From the NCBI GenBank assembly GCA_964645705.1, contig CAZYAB010000007.1, forward strand, positions 466 to 64,465: a stretch of 64,000 nt of DNA, written 5' to 3'. The stretch is from an uncultured Methanosarcinales archaeon (GTDB taxonomy: Archaea; Nanobdellota; Nanobdellia; Woesearchaeales; CAXGTL01). Below the pieces are notes generated by a model that worked only from the letters and a program-made list of their open reading frames with translations, was not told the origin of the DNA and searched no databases. Made by a program: the position numbers and the translations under genes. This document shows, piece after piece, positions 1 to 11,400 of this stretch. Positions within the stretch are counted from its first letter, which is position 1. Every line of letters starts with the position of its first letter.

Positions 1-304
1 GTAGGTCGGTAAACACGACTGTGATCTTGTTTGCACCTGCTCTTTTAGCTGCATCTGCAACATATGCTGTCCTGCCTATCATGTCTAATGGGTCTTGGAA
101 TGGACCTTGAGTGCACACTATGTAAATATTTTTTCCAGTTATGTCTTTTCTAAATGTTGGGTAGAATTCTCCGCCTGCATATGATCTTGGTGATAATATA
201 TTGTCAACATAATCAGGCAAGCCAAGGCATTCCCTTATCTTCTGGACAAAACTCGCATGTGTTTGAGAAACAGCCACAACCTCAAAGTTTTTTTCTTCTG
301 ACAT
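1..304 (-). CDS. prs: Ribose-phosphate pyrophosphokinase (PRPP synthetase), N-terminal part, runs off window
   Basis: Not in the ORF track. Hand translation MSEEKNFEVVAVSQ...SYAGGEFYPTFRKDITGKNIYIVCTQ...VADAAKRAGANKITVVFTDL matches the Prs N-terminal pattern (F.dGE..., A.kragA.kIt.V). Confidence 0.8.
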   Translation of the reverse strand, partial: MSEEKNFEVVAVSQTHASFVQKIRECLGLPDYVDNILSPRSYAGGEFYPTFRKDITGKNIYIVCTQGPFQDPLDMIGRTAYVADAAKRAGANKITVVFTDL

Positions 305-403
305 TTTATGATTTTGAATTATGATTAAGTCTAATAAATAGATTTATATTATCAAATGTATAGAATAAAGTATATATAACGAAATAAAATAAAAAAATAA
401 AAA

Positions 404-1702
404 TTAATACTTCTTCTTCCTAGGAACCCCCCATAATTTTACAGCTTTTCTTAGTTCAGGGTATTGTTTAGATGCTTGTTTTAATGATTTTTTATTAAGA
501 GTTGCATCTACTGCTTGTCTTATTGCTTTTGCACCTGCGCGAGTACCGTCAGGATGACCATGGCAGCCGCCGCCTGCTTGAATAACAATATTATTACCCA
601 TTATTTTCATTAATGGGGGAATAACACCAGGATAAACACCGCCAGAGCAAACAGCAAACACTGGTTTTTTACCATACCAGTGTTGTTCAAGCATATGGTT
701 TGATTCTGATTTTTTTCCAATTACTTGTTCTTCTATTTCTTCTCCAATATTATGTACTTCTTTTGCACCGCCTTCCATTTTTCCAACAATTGCTCCAATA
801 TGTAATTGATCAACGCCTATTAGTCTAGCACATTTTGCAACTGTCATCATTGATATTCCGTGTTTTGGATATCTTGTAAAAGCACCGTGCATTGCCCTGT
901 GTGCGTGTATTACCATGTTTAGTTTGTCATCATAATTTCTCATTGTTTGTAAAGCTGCCCAACCAATTGTTAATATGTCAAGCATAAAATATTCTCCACC
1001 AAGTTTCTTAATATAATCTGCCCGTTTTTTCATTTCTTCTGTTTCTGCTGTTACATTTGCCATGTACATCTTTTTTTCGCCTGTCTCATGCTCTGCTTTG
1101 TCTCTTAATTTTAATGTTAGTTTAACTCTTTTTCTGAACTTGTTAAAAGTCATTGATGACAAGTTTTCATCATCTTTGACAACATCAAGGCCGCCACGCC
1201 ATGCTTCATATGCAACTTTTGCATGCTGTGATTCATTTAAACCTACTTTTGGCTTGACAATTGTTCCTGTTAAAGGTCTTTTTCTTATTTTTAATAATTT
1301 TCTTATCCCCTTTATACCATATTTAGGTCCTTTGAACTTTCTCATGATTATTTTTGGAAAATGTATGTCCATTAATCTTAAGTTTTTAACAGCTTTCATT
1401 CCAAATATGTTTCCTGCTATACTGGACAAGATTTCTGGCATGTTTCCTGCTTCAAATAATTCATATGGATAAGCAATCTTTACATATTTTGTTATAGGAT
1501 TTATGTAATAAACATGCGGTTTTAGTCTTTTTGCTATCTTTTTGTTTAAAGATGAAATTGTTGTCCATGTTCCTATAGAAGATTCTCCTGCTAAGTGTTG
1601 GCAAGCTTTTTTTAGTGTTAAACCTCTTGCAGGTTCTGCATAATATTCAGCAACAAGGTCTTTAGAATGTGGTTTGTATTTAAGATCTATATAGTCTAGC
1701 AT
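404..1702 (-). CDS. rbcL: Form III (archaeal/DPANN-type) ribulose-bisphosphate carboxylase large subunit
   Basis: Motifs ESSIGTWT, IVKPKVGL, GGLDVVKDDE, HAHRAMH, DQLHIG, GKM, SGG, QAGGG.HGHP; catalytic K/D/E/H/S residues present. ATG at 1702 follows a GAGGTG RBS. Confidence 0.95.
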   Translation of the reverse strand: MLDYIDLKYKPHSKDLVAEYYAEPARGLTLKKACQHLAGESSIGTWTTISSLNKKIAKRLKPHVYYINPITKYVKIAYPYELFEAGNMPEILSSIAGNIFGMKAVKNLRLMDIHFPKIIMRKFKGPKYGIKGIRKLLKIRKRPLTGTIVKPKVGLNESQHAKVAYEAWRGGLDVVKDDENLSSMTFNKFRKRVKLTLKLRDKAEHETGEKKMYMANVTAETEEMKKRADYIKKLGGEYFMLDILTIGWAALQTMRNYDDKLNMVIHAHRAMHGAFTRYPKHGISMMTVAKCARLIGVDQLHIGAIVGKMEGGAKEVHNIGEEIEEQVIGKKSESNHMLEQHWYGKKPVFAVCSGGVYPGVIPPLMKIMGNNIVIQAGGGCHGHPDGTRAGAKAIRQAVDATLNKKSLKQASKQYPELRKAVKLWGVPRKKKY

Positions 1703-1795
1703 TTTGTGCACCTCTATTTTTTTAATATATATAGATTATTGGAAAAGGTGTATATAAATGTTTCTGTATATTCAAATACATAAATCTTTTTAAAC

Positions 1796-2509
1796 ATGGA
1801 GATAAGAACATTAAACAATATGACACAAGAATGTCCTTGTTGTGAAAGAGAATTCGAAAGACTAGAACATTTTCCAAGGATATTGCTTGTAAATTTTGAA
1901 AGAGTTAAAATTCCTAAAGATAAAAAATTTCCATATTTAGAAGAAAGAGTGTTCTTTGAAGAAAAATTTGTAGAAGAGGAACCAAGCTATAAACACAATA
2001 ATAATAAACTACCGCCAGAAATAGAAAAAAAATTCAAAAGATATCCTCACAAATTATCTATTATGCATAAAGGTTATATCTGGCTTAAAACAGCAAGCCC
2101 ATTTGATAAGATATGCGAAGGACAACCATGGGCCAGAAGTTATAATAAGCATGCTGGTTGTGTAAACAAATATATTAGGACTGAACTTGATCAAAAGAAA
2201 AGGATTCTTGATTCTCTTAACCCGTATTTTGAATCTCTAGAAGAATTAATTGGTCAAGAGGTTAAAAGAGCAAGTTTCTTACCTAGTTTTAAGAAAAATT
2301 TATCTCATAAAAATAATTTTTATATCCCTAATGCTAATTATTGTTTACAATTATATGAAAGTAGTAAGGTTTCAGAACATGGTATTAGAATAGTCAAATT
2401 AAATATCACTAAAACAGAGCTTTCTGATCATAAAACAGGAACAATAAATTATGAAATGAAGCATGAAGCAAAAGTTGCAGAACTAGAATACAAAGGAATG
2501 ATAAAATAA
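1796..2509 (+). CDS. Hypothetical protein with N-terminal CPCC zinc-knuckle-like motif
   Basis: 237-aa ORF in genome-like codon style; no recognised family. Confidence 0.6.
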   Translation: MEIRTLNNMTQECPCCEREFERLEHFPRILLVNFERVKIPKDKKFPYLEERVFFEEKFVEEEPSYKHNNNKLPPEIEKKFKRYPHKLSIMHKGYIWLKTASPFDKICEGQPWARSYNKHAGCVNKYIRTELDQKKRILDSLNPYFESLEELIGQEVKRASFLPSFKKNLSHKNNFYIPNANYCLQLYESSKVSEHGIRIVKLNITKTELSDHKTGTINYEMKHEAKVAELEYKGMIK

Positions 2510-2513
2510 AAAA

Positions 2514-3119
2514 TTATTTCTTATTCCCAAAATAAAACACATTCTCTACAGACACATCTTCGGAACTGTAATTACCTTGCTTAGGATGTGATTCTTTTTT
2601 AGGTTCTGGTTTTGGTTCTTTTTTAGGTATGCCTCTTGGTTGTTGTTCTGGCTCATCATCTTCTATATTAATTTCTTCTGAACCTTTTGGAGCAGATACC
2701 ATCATTTCGCCCATCTTTGTTTGTCTTCTGGCTAATTCTTGTACATTGTTTTCAAAAGTTCCTATCTTAGAATGAATGCCTTCTAATTGTTTTTGAAAGT
2801 CTTTTAACAGCTTTACAATGTATTCATTGTTCTTAGCCATTGCTTGCTGCCATGTCATGCCTGTTCTTTCATCTTTAGCAGATTGTTGTTGTGGTTTTGG
2901 TTGTTGTGTTTGTTCTGGTTCTCTTTGCGGCCTTGGTTGTTGTGGTTGTGATCCTCCTGTTCCTAGATCTCTGCTGTGTGTAACACTTGCACCTTCGCCT
3001 AACATCTTTGTTGCTTTTTGAACAGCCTCGTCAAAAGAAGTAGCCATGCCATGAGAAATAAGCTCTTTAGCCATTTTGTTTATTTTTTTAATATCTTCAA
3101 CATATCCCATAATTATCAC
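2514..3119 (-). CDS. Hypothetical coiled-coil/low-complexity protein
   Basis: Q/P-rich linkers, coiled coil, C-terminal HPKQGNYSSEDVSVENVFYFG motif; start probably ATG at 3110 after GGTGA RBS. Confidence 0.75.
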   Translation of the reverse strand: MIIMGYVEDIKKINKMAKELISHGMATSFDEAVQKATKMLGEGASVTHSRDLGTGGSQPQQPRPQREPEQTQQPKPQQQSAKDERTGMTWQQAMAKNNEYIVKLLKDFQKQLEGIHSKIGTFENNVQELARRQTKMGEMMVSAPKGSEEINIEDDEPEQQPRGIPKKEPKPEPKKESHPKQGNYSSEDVSVENVFYFGNKK

Positions 3120-3212
3120 CTGTTTTGTTTATTTAATATATTATTGTATTATATTTATTAATTATATTATTTAGTTTATATATAAATTAAGACTTATTAT
3201 ATATAAAGATTA

Positions 3213-3728
3213 TTATGATAGAAAATAGATAATATCTTTGGTCTCTTGTATTTTCTTTTTTATATTAAAATGTTTCTTAATCAATCTCTTTATCTTAGGC
3301 AATTTCTTGCTTTTCTTTAATATTGTTATTATAAACTTCTTTTTACCAACTCTTTTCATTTCTTTTAAACCTTTTTCTATGTTTGTGAAGTTGTGTATTG
3401 CTGTTATTGATATGACAATGTCAAACTCATTTCTACCAAAAGGCAATTGTTCTGCTTTTCCTTTGATAAATGTTTTTTTTGATTTCTTTGTTTTATTTTT
3501 CTTTTTTTCTTTTTTCCTAGCAATCTTAATCAATTCAATACTAGGATCTATACCAACAACATGACAATCAAAGTCTGAACTAATCCCTGTTCCACAACCA
3601 ACATCTAGAAGTTTGGTGCTCTTGTTCAGCTTGATGTGATTCTTTATAATTCTTAATTTATTAAGTTGTTCTTCTTTATGAAGACCATCATAACCTTTTG
3701 CAATTTTGTCATAATATGTTTTTGCCAT
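3213..3728 (-). CDS. Class I SAM-dependent methyltransferase
   Basis: LLDVGCGTG, GIDPS, AEQLPF..FDIVIS motifs. Confidence 0.9.
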   Translation of the reverse strand: MAKTYYDKIAKGYDGLHKEEQLNKLRIIKNHIKLNKSTKLLDVGCGTGISSDFDCHVVGIDPSIELIKIARKKEKKKNKTKKSKKTFIKGKAEQLPFGRNEFDIVISITAIHNFTNIEKGLKEMKRVGKKKFIITILKKSKKLPKIKRLIKKHFNIKKKIQETKDIIYFLS

Positions 3729-3734
3729 TTTTTA

Positions 3735-4823
3735 TCAACTTCCTATGGGTCTTGTTGATGTGCATTTGCCTTCTACATTTAAAAAATCTTTGTGTGCTTG
3801 GTGTGATGATAAGATAAATGTTGCAGAACTTCTTGGACAGAACAAGATTGTTGGTCCGCACTTTGTTTTTGATGTCTTTAAATTATTATAAAAACAATAA
3901 TCAACAGAACTCAGTCTTTGTGTAGAAACATCAATGTCGTCGCTATCAACAAAAGTTGAAATGCCGCAACATTCGGATTTCTCACTATATATTCCTTGTA
4001 TTCTTTGTAAATAACTTGGAGCATATGAGTTGTGGAAATAAGCTTTTTTTGTAAGAATTTTTACTAATTGTGCAATGCTTTTATCATCACTTTCTTTCCA
4101 ATCAAAATCATCTATTATCATGCTATTTATTTTGTTATTGATTGTTCTGATATTTCTTAAGTCTATGTCTTCAACATTTGATCCTGCATTTAATGATAAT
4201 TGTTCTTCTATGAAATTATCAACATAAAGTTTATCTCTTAAATCAACTATGCTCACGTCTGTTTGTATTTTTCTTTTGGTGTCCCATAAAAAAGAATCAG
4301 CATTTACAATTACCTCTACTTCGATTGTTGCATTAATGTGCCAAGGATCTTGTTGAGATAGTTCTATCTTAATCGGATTGATCCTTGTTTCTATATCTAA
4401 GTAATCTTTTGATATTTTGCTTATCTCTTCAAACCAATAAAATAAATATTTTCTGTCTAGGATTATTTCCCCGTCTGGTTCCAGGTTACCATTTCTTATC
4501 AAACGTATGTGTTTTTCTTCATACAATGCATCATAGTTGTAACTGTGTGTTGCAATGTAGTCAAGTGTGTGATAAACACTTGTCTCAAGTGCAAGAGGAA
4601 TGTATATGTCAAACAATGATTCTACAAATTCATTTGCTCTATGAACCCTTGTTTTTACAATGTCTGTTTTATAAGGAGATACGTTTACGCTCTGTAAACT
4701 ATAAACAAAGGAAAATAAGATGACTATAAGCAAAGCTATCAATGACAAAAACATTCCTTTTTTACCTAAGCTTTTCTTACTTATTTTTTTCTTTCCAAGA
4801 TTTCTTAGCTTGTTCATCTCCAC
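3735..4823 (-). CDS. Class III signal peptide (pilin-like) surface protein
   Basis: Basic N-terminus KKG|MFLSLIALLIVILF followed by a hydrophobic helix; last large gene of the pilus operon. Confidence 0.7.
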   Translation of the reverse strand: MEMNKLRNLGKKKISKKSLGKKGMFLSLIALLIVILFSFVYSLQSVNVSPYKTDIVKTRVHRANEFVESLFDIYIPLALETSVYHTLDYIATHSYNYDALYEEKHIRLIRNGNLEPDGEIILDRKYLFYWFEEISKISKDYLDIETRINPIKIELSQQDPWHINATIEVEVIVNADSFLWDTKRKIQTDVSIVDLRDKLYVDNFIEEQLSLNAGSNVEDIDLRNIRTINNKINSMIIDDFDWKESDDKSIAQLVKILTKKAYFHNSYAPSYLQRIQGIYSEKSECCGISTFVDSDDIDVSTQRLSSVDYCFYNNLKTSKTKCGPTILFCPRSSATFILSSHQAHKDFLNVEGKCTSTRPIGS

Positions 4824-5419
4824 ACCCTTACCTCAACAATGTATGGTCCCCAAACATCTTTTGATTTTGGTTTTTTTCCAAATATTATTTTTTTTGTAGA
4901 AATTGTTACTTTGGATTTTTCTTTGCTAATTCCTGTGTTGTATATTTCAAATAAAGATTCGCCTGTATTGCTTGGCGGGATGTATATATTAATCTCAAGA
5001 TTGTTTTCATATGGTATTAATCCTGTTAAAATTTCTTTTAAAAGATTATCTTTTATTAAATCTTTTTTACCAAGATAATAAAATTCTCCTATTTGTTCAA
5101 GGATCGTGTTTTCAGTGTTTGTTATTTCTTTTGTATTTATTATCAAATGACTGTGGATATGGGGAAATTCTTCAGCACTTAAATTATTTATCTTTGTTTT
5201 GGCAAGTACTGTCATGATATCTTCTGATAAAAGGTAAGTAGGACTTTCAACTGACCTTGAACTCATGATAAAAAATACTAAGAATATGCCTGTTGTTAGA
5301 ATAGTGACAGCTATGATTGCATCCAAAGAAAAGAAATATGCTTTTTTTCCAGTTGATTTTTTAGTTTTTTTTTCCTTTTTTCTTGTTTTGCTATTCATCA
5401 TTTTAATTCCATACAACAA
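4814..5419 (-). CDS. Class III signal peptide (pilin-like) protein
   Basis: KKA|YFFSLDAIIAVTIL N-terminus; C-terminus ...GPYIVEVRVWR. Confidence 0.75.
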   Translation of the reverse strand: MLYGIKMMNSKTRKKEKKTKKSTGKKAYFFSLDAIIAVTILTTGIFLVFFIMSSRSVESPTYLLSEDIMTVLAKTKINNLSAEEFPHIHSHLIINTKEITNTENTILEQIGEFYYLGKKDLIKDNLLKEILTGLIPYENNLEINIYIPPSNTGESLFEIYNTGISKEKSKVTISTKKIIFGKKPKSKDVWGPYIVEVRVWR

Positions 5420-8400
5420 CTCTTACTTTTACTGGCTTTCCTTTGTACATTGCAATCTTTGTCATTGTGATTACATTTTCTGATTCTTTTACATTTATCT
5501 TTGTGTCAACTATATTGCAAACATTTTCACATGTTTTACAATCTTCGTGCACTTCTTGATAATTTCTCATGTTTGGGTCTAATGTTGAACAATCATAGCA
5601 AGTGCATGCATAAGTTCCATCACCTTTGCAGAATCTCCATGGATAGTCAGGTCTTCTTTTACCAAAGCAGTCTTCACAATAACAAGTTTCACCTTTTTTA
5701 CATACACCATCTGGCAAACCAATGCATCCTCCTCCGTCTTCACAAATTTTGTCTTCTGAGCAATATTTTCCTGGTGCACAGCCTGCATCTTCCCAGCAAT
5801 TGTAACAATTTTCTGCGTCATCAATTACGCCGTCTCCGCATTTGTTGAGTTCAAAGTTTAATTCAATTGGTTTACAATAATCTGTTTCTATTGTTTCTGT
5901 TTGTTTAACTAGATTGCTCATCTTTGCTTCAATGTCATATGTTTCTCCGGGATCAAGTTCTAGTCTGTATCCAACTTCTGGGCTCGTATCTTTTGCTACT
6001 AATTCGTCTGATGATTTGTTGTATGCTCTTATCTTTGCATCTGAAAGTGGAATGTTTTCATTTGTTTTATCATATACGACTCCATATACTATTGCTTTTT
6101 CAGAACGACATATTGTGAAAAATCCTGAGTATGCTGTCTGTCCTCTGATTAACTTTTCTTCAAATTCAACTTTAGGAGTTATATTTATTTGGTATTCCAT
6201 GTTTTTATCTTTTAATTCTTCTATATTCCAGTCATAGTAATAATTTCCATCAAGATCTTTTCTATTTGGAATGTTTGCTGGTATTCCATTAGGTATAGAA
6301 TACCAATGTTCTGATGAATCATTTGAATATGCAATATTATATTTGATTAGATTATCAAATTCTTCTTGATCTTGTTTTTCCCAGTAAATTCTGAGTGTTT
6401 CTGGATCTTTTATTATTGTTTCGTGTTTTGGATATATTATTTTAATAGGTTTGATTGCACAATCTGGATCAAAGTCAGCGCACGCAAGGAAATTTTCTTC
6501 AGCAGGAGGACATATGTCGTCACTTTCTTGATCATTACATGTGCAAAGTCCTTCATCATTACATATTAAACCTGTTGCACATTTTATATTATCACATACT
6601 TGTTCTTCTTCATCACATGGCACGTCTTGACAAATAAGTTCGTCATTGATTATGCACGGATATTCATCTGCAGCACATCCACAGTCAGGATCAATGTATG
6701 AACAGTCTTGATTACATTCACCATCTGGTATATCTTCACCTTCACAATCACATTTGTTTCCTAGACCGTCTGCGTCTTTATCACCTTGGCCAGGATTGTA
6801 TATCTTAGGACAGTTATCACAAGTGTATTCATCACTATCAGGAACATCTTCGCTTTCATATAAGTCTGTGAATATTCCTTCTGGAACATTATCATTATCC
6901 ATGTCAAGGTATTTACAATCCCAGAGATCATTTTCTTCATCTTTACTGTCTTCACTATTACATACATAGAATATCTTTGGTTTTGATTTAATTGTAAACT
7001 CTGGTTTGTCTTTATCTTGTACTTCTACATTAACAAGATACATGCCATCTTCTGTTATTTCTGCTAATTCTGTATCAAATGAAAGTGAACATGTTAATTC
7101 ATTATTTGTTACAGTTCCTTGGTTGTCTATTGTTTTAACTGTGTCACCTTCTACTTTCTTTATCTTGAATTTACAATCTGGTTTGAATTCTCTGTTTGTG
7201 GCTGTGATGAATTTGAACTCACCTACATCTACATTTTTTGTATCTGAATCATAGAATGCTCTTTCTAGTTTATAATTTTCTGTTATTTCTTTTGGTTTGA
7301 CAATTATGTTAAAGCTTGGTCCACTAATATAGTTTGTCATGATATTAGAAGCACCGTCTTTTGCAAGAGCTGCTGTTGTGTATGCTTTGTCTTCTATATT
7401 GTTTGTGATTGTTGTTTTACAGTTTCTTATAAATCCTGTTTCATCTCCATCAAGTTTGAATCTACATTCACAGATTCCTGAATTGCCTGTTTGTGAATCA
7501 TCTGGTTTAGCAAATATGTCAAATGAATCACCGTGATAGAGTGTTACTTTATTATCTTTTAATCCTTCTACAATAATTTTGTTGCTATTGATTGTTGGTT
7601 CAAGTTTTTCAAATACTTCATGACTGAATGTAAATTGTTTTTCAGCAGGTATGTCTAATTGGCCGTCGAATATTGTTACTTTAAACTGTGCTTTATCATC
7701 TGAAGGTGATGTGTATGCATTGCATGTTAATTTGACATCTGAATTAGCTGATAATTCTTGTTTGTTCTTTATAGTCGCTGTTGTTGAACTTGTTGTTTCA
7801 AAAATAAATTCATCATCATTATCAATAGTGCATTTATTTTGGAGATTATATGGGAATTGTGATAAGTATACTTTTAGGTTTTGTTTGCCAAAGACTTTTA
7901 ATGCTTGTATTTCAAGTATATAAGGTTCATTAACATGCAAGTGTTGTTGATGTTTTACACTAATTTTTGAGAATGTTGCAGATTCTGGTTTAGGAACGTC
8001 TGTACATTGTGCAGTGTTTGTGCCAATATAACATCCACAATCATCATCAGCACAATCAATAATGCCGTCTCTGTTATTGTCAATTCCATCATCACAGATC
8101 TCTGTTTGACTACATGTTTCCCCGCGCGCATTTGTTTCGCCTTCACAACCTCTGTCAGCACAATCTACTTTATTATCATTATCATTGTCAAAGTCATCAT
8201 CGCAAACTTCTATTCCGCATCTTGCACCATAATATGCACCAATCTTTCCATTGCAATCATTTTGGTCAGCACAATTTTTTAAACCATCATTATCATTGTC
8301 ATCATTATCAACACATGCAAAAACATTTATGTCCTCAACAATTGATAATCCTGGGAATCCTGTTACACCACACAGATTGAATTTGTGGAAACAGTCTGTT

Positions 8401-11400
8401 TCATATTCTGATGGATCAGTGTTTTCTATTTCTTCACCTTTGTCATCTCTTCCATCTATTCCACCGCCTTTTTTCTCGTCAAAGTCATTGTCTAATCCGT
8501 CTTTACAAAAATCATAAGCAAATAATTTGAATTCAAATGGAGCACAAATTATGTCTTTATTTTCTGGATGTTGAACACCTAAACATTGTGGATCAAAGCA
8601 GTCAAATCCTCCTTCTGGATTTTTGACGTATTTTGATTGTTGTTCATTCCATACATATGCGTCTAAGTCATTGTCAAATCCGTCAAAGCACCTTATTGGA
8701 TCTTCTTGACCAGTTTCGTCTAATAATTCGTTTGAAGGACAATTGCTTGCACCTGCACAATCATAATCATAACAATCATGACCGTATTTTTCTCCTTTGT
8801 ATGCATCTTTGAATGGTTCTTCTCCGTATGGGTGAGGTATTTTGTAACTGCCTAACCATGATCCTGCATTACTAACTTCTCTGTCAAAGTCATTGTCAAT
8901 TCCATCATCACACCAACTAGGATCATTGTTTTCAAATCTTGGACAAGGATTTGTTTCAATGTTTGTGCTTTTGCCTCCTCTTCCCCAACATGAACTCACA
9001 TCATAACAATCAATTGAGTTTGTTTTACATGTGCCGTCGAATTTATATTCTGAGTCAGGGCATGAATATTTTTCAATTTGCCATGCATTCTTATCAGCAT
9101 CATTGTCAAACCTGTCATTACAGCTGCTTATTCCATGAACTGATTTATCATAATAAGAAACTTGTCCAATTGGGGATCCTTCTTTTTCTTCACAATAAAC
9201 TTCTTGTGAATTTTCTATTACATATTTTTTGATTGAACCATCTGAATCTTTATAACCTCCAATCTTTCCTATGCAATCACTGTCATCACAATCAACAAGA
9301 TCATCATGGTCATTATCATAACCATCAAAACATGTTTCTTCTGTTAAGTATTCACATTCTATAGGTTCATCATCCCCTGATCTTTCACCTATTTGTTCAC
9401 CATCGCATTGTTCGTCTTTGCAATCTGTTTTATAATCTAAATCATTGTCAACTCTGTCATTACACTGATGATCAGACCTTGCTCCAGGTCCGCCACTATT
9501 GACTCCACCCCAAATTCTTTTTTCTGTTTCAGGTAATCCTTGGTAATTCTGTGCATCATTTTCATTATTTGTATTTGGTGCGTCGTCGTCTGAATTAAAT
9601 AAATATTCTGGTGAATAATCATACTTATCATTCCATTGACTGAATAAAGTAAATTTGTGGTCTGTGTTTTGATGAAGACCTGAAAAGTCTAATTTAATTA
9701 CATGATCATTCTTTTTATTTGAAATCTTTCCTATAACTGAGTATACTGTTTTTGCAGCATCTGTTTCTGATTTTGTAAATTCATATGCACCAGAAGCAGA
9801 TGTTGATTCTGCTTGTGTAAAACTATTACCTATTATTTCAATAGAATCTGTTGCAGGGTCTGCTGAGATTGAACCACCATTTGCAAACTGGAATCTTATT
9901 TTTAGTCTTCCACTTGGTTGAATATTTCTTGTGTACCAATATTTGACTGCAGTGTTTTGAGCTATATTAAAGCTTCCAGGACAAATATTTCCTTTGCAAT
10001 CCTCTCCTGTGTAAACAACATTGCCTGTGATTGAATTTGAACCAGAACCTATTATTGATTTTATTAGTTTTGTTGCTGTGTTTTGTATGTCATTGTTTTC
10101 ATAAATTTGGTTTGTTATTGCTTGTCCTGTGACAAGAGTTTCATGATATTCATTGAATTTTAGTTCACCATCTATCATTGGACTGTTAGGGTATGTAATG
10201 CCCCAGCAATCATAATCATCGCTATCTATTTCCTCGTCAACATCATTTGTTATATCATCATAACAATATAATTCAAGTGATTCTATTCCTTTTGACATAG
10301 AGTTTGCATAAAATATGTCTCCTTGTTTATTACATCTTACACTGTTGTCAAAATATTTTCCTGCGTGTTTAAGCATGCACATGACTGCTCTTTGAGCATC
10401 TGGTAATAATGCATTAGGGCAATCTCCTTGTATGTTTTTATCTTCACAAGTTCCAAAACCTGTCCATGTATTTTTATGAACATATATTTTTGATTTTGTG
10501 TTTGTTTCAAATATTGTTTCTCCATTGCTAGTAACTTGGCATGATTCGACAGTCCATGGTTTTTCTCTGTCGATTGGATCATTTTTTGTTAAATAATATC
10601 CTATTTTGAAATCATTATCAGAATTAATTACTCCTTGGATTTCTAATGCATTTTCATTAGACATAGTGATGACACATTTTGCTTGGCCAGAATCAATTTT
10701 TACTGTTGCAAAATCAAATTCTATTTTATGTTTTCTAGGAACCAAGATTGGTTGGCCTGTTTTTTCTCCGTCACAATAAGTATGATAATCTTGGTTGCAT
10801 TGTTCTCCTGTTCCTGCTGAACAACATAATGGTTCATATATTCCTTCTGGGAAAAATGGTTCAAAATCTTTTTTCATGTCACAGTCTGGATCTTGAGGTT
10901 CGCAATTAATTAAACATGCATCACCTGCATCACATGTAGCTCCATTACAATCAGAATCAGGAATATAAAGAACATTTGTGCATGCCAGGTTTCCTCCTGC
11001 ACAACCGTCACCATCTCCGCACGTAGTTTCCTCATCTCTTCCACAATCAGGGTCAACATCTTCGCAACCAATTACACATACATTTCCTTGCTGACACAAT
11101 GTTTGTTCACAGTTTTCATTAATATTTTGTTCATTACAATAATTATTACAATCTTGGTCAGGTTCACTACAACCAATTATACAAATATTGTCTAGTTCAC
11201 AACTACTTACACCGCAATCAGGGTCAGGAACTGTGCAATCTGGTTTACAACTATCTCCTTGATCACATGAACTTTCATCAGAACCACAGTCATTGTCAAC
11301 AGGTTCACAACCAATCATGCACAAGTCACCAGACTCACAAGTTGCTTCTAGACAGTCTAGGTCAGTTGGAACACAACCAGGTTTACATCCGTCGCCTGAT

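Noticed and set aside
404-1702. Evidence for autotrophic Calvin cycle
   Set aside because: The sequence is form III-type, with no small subunit or phosphoribulokinase in the window; salvage is the established role.
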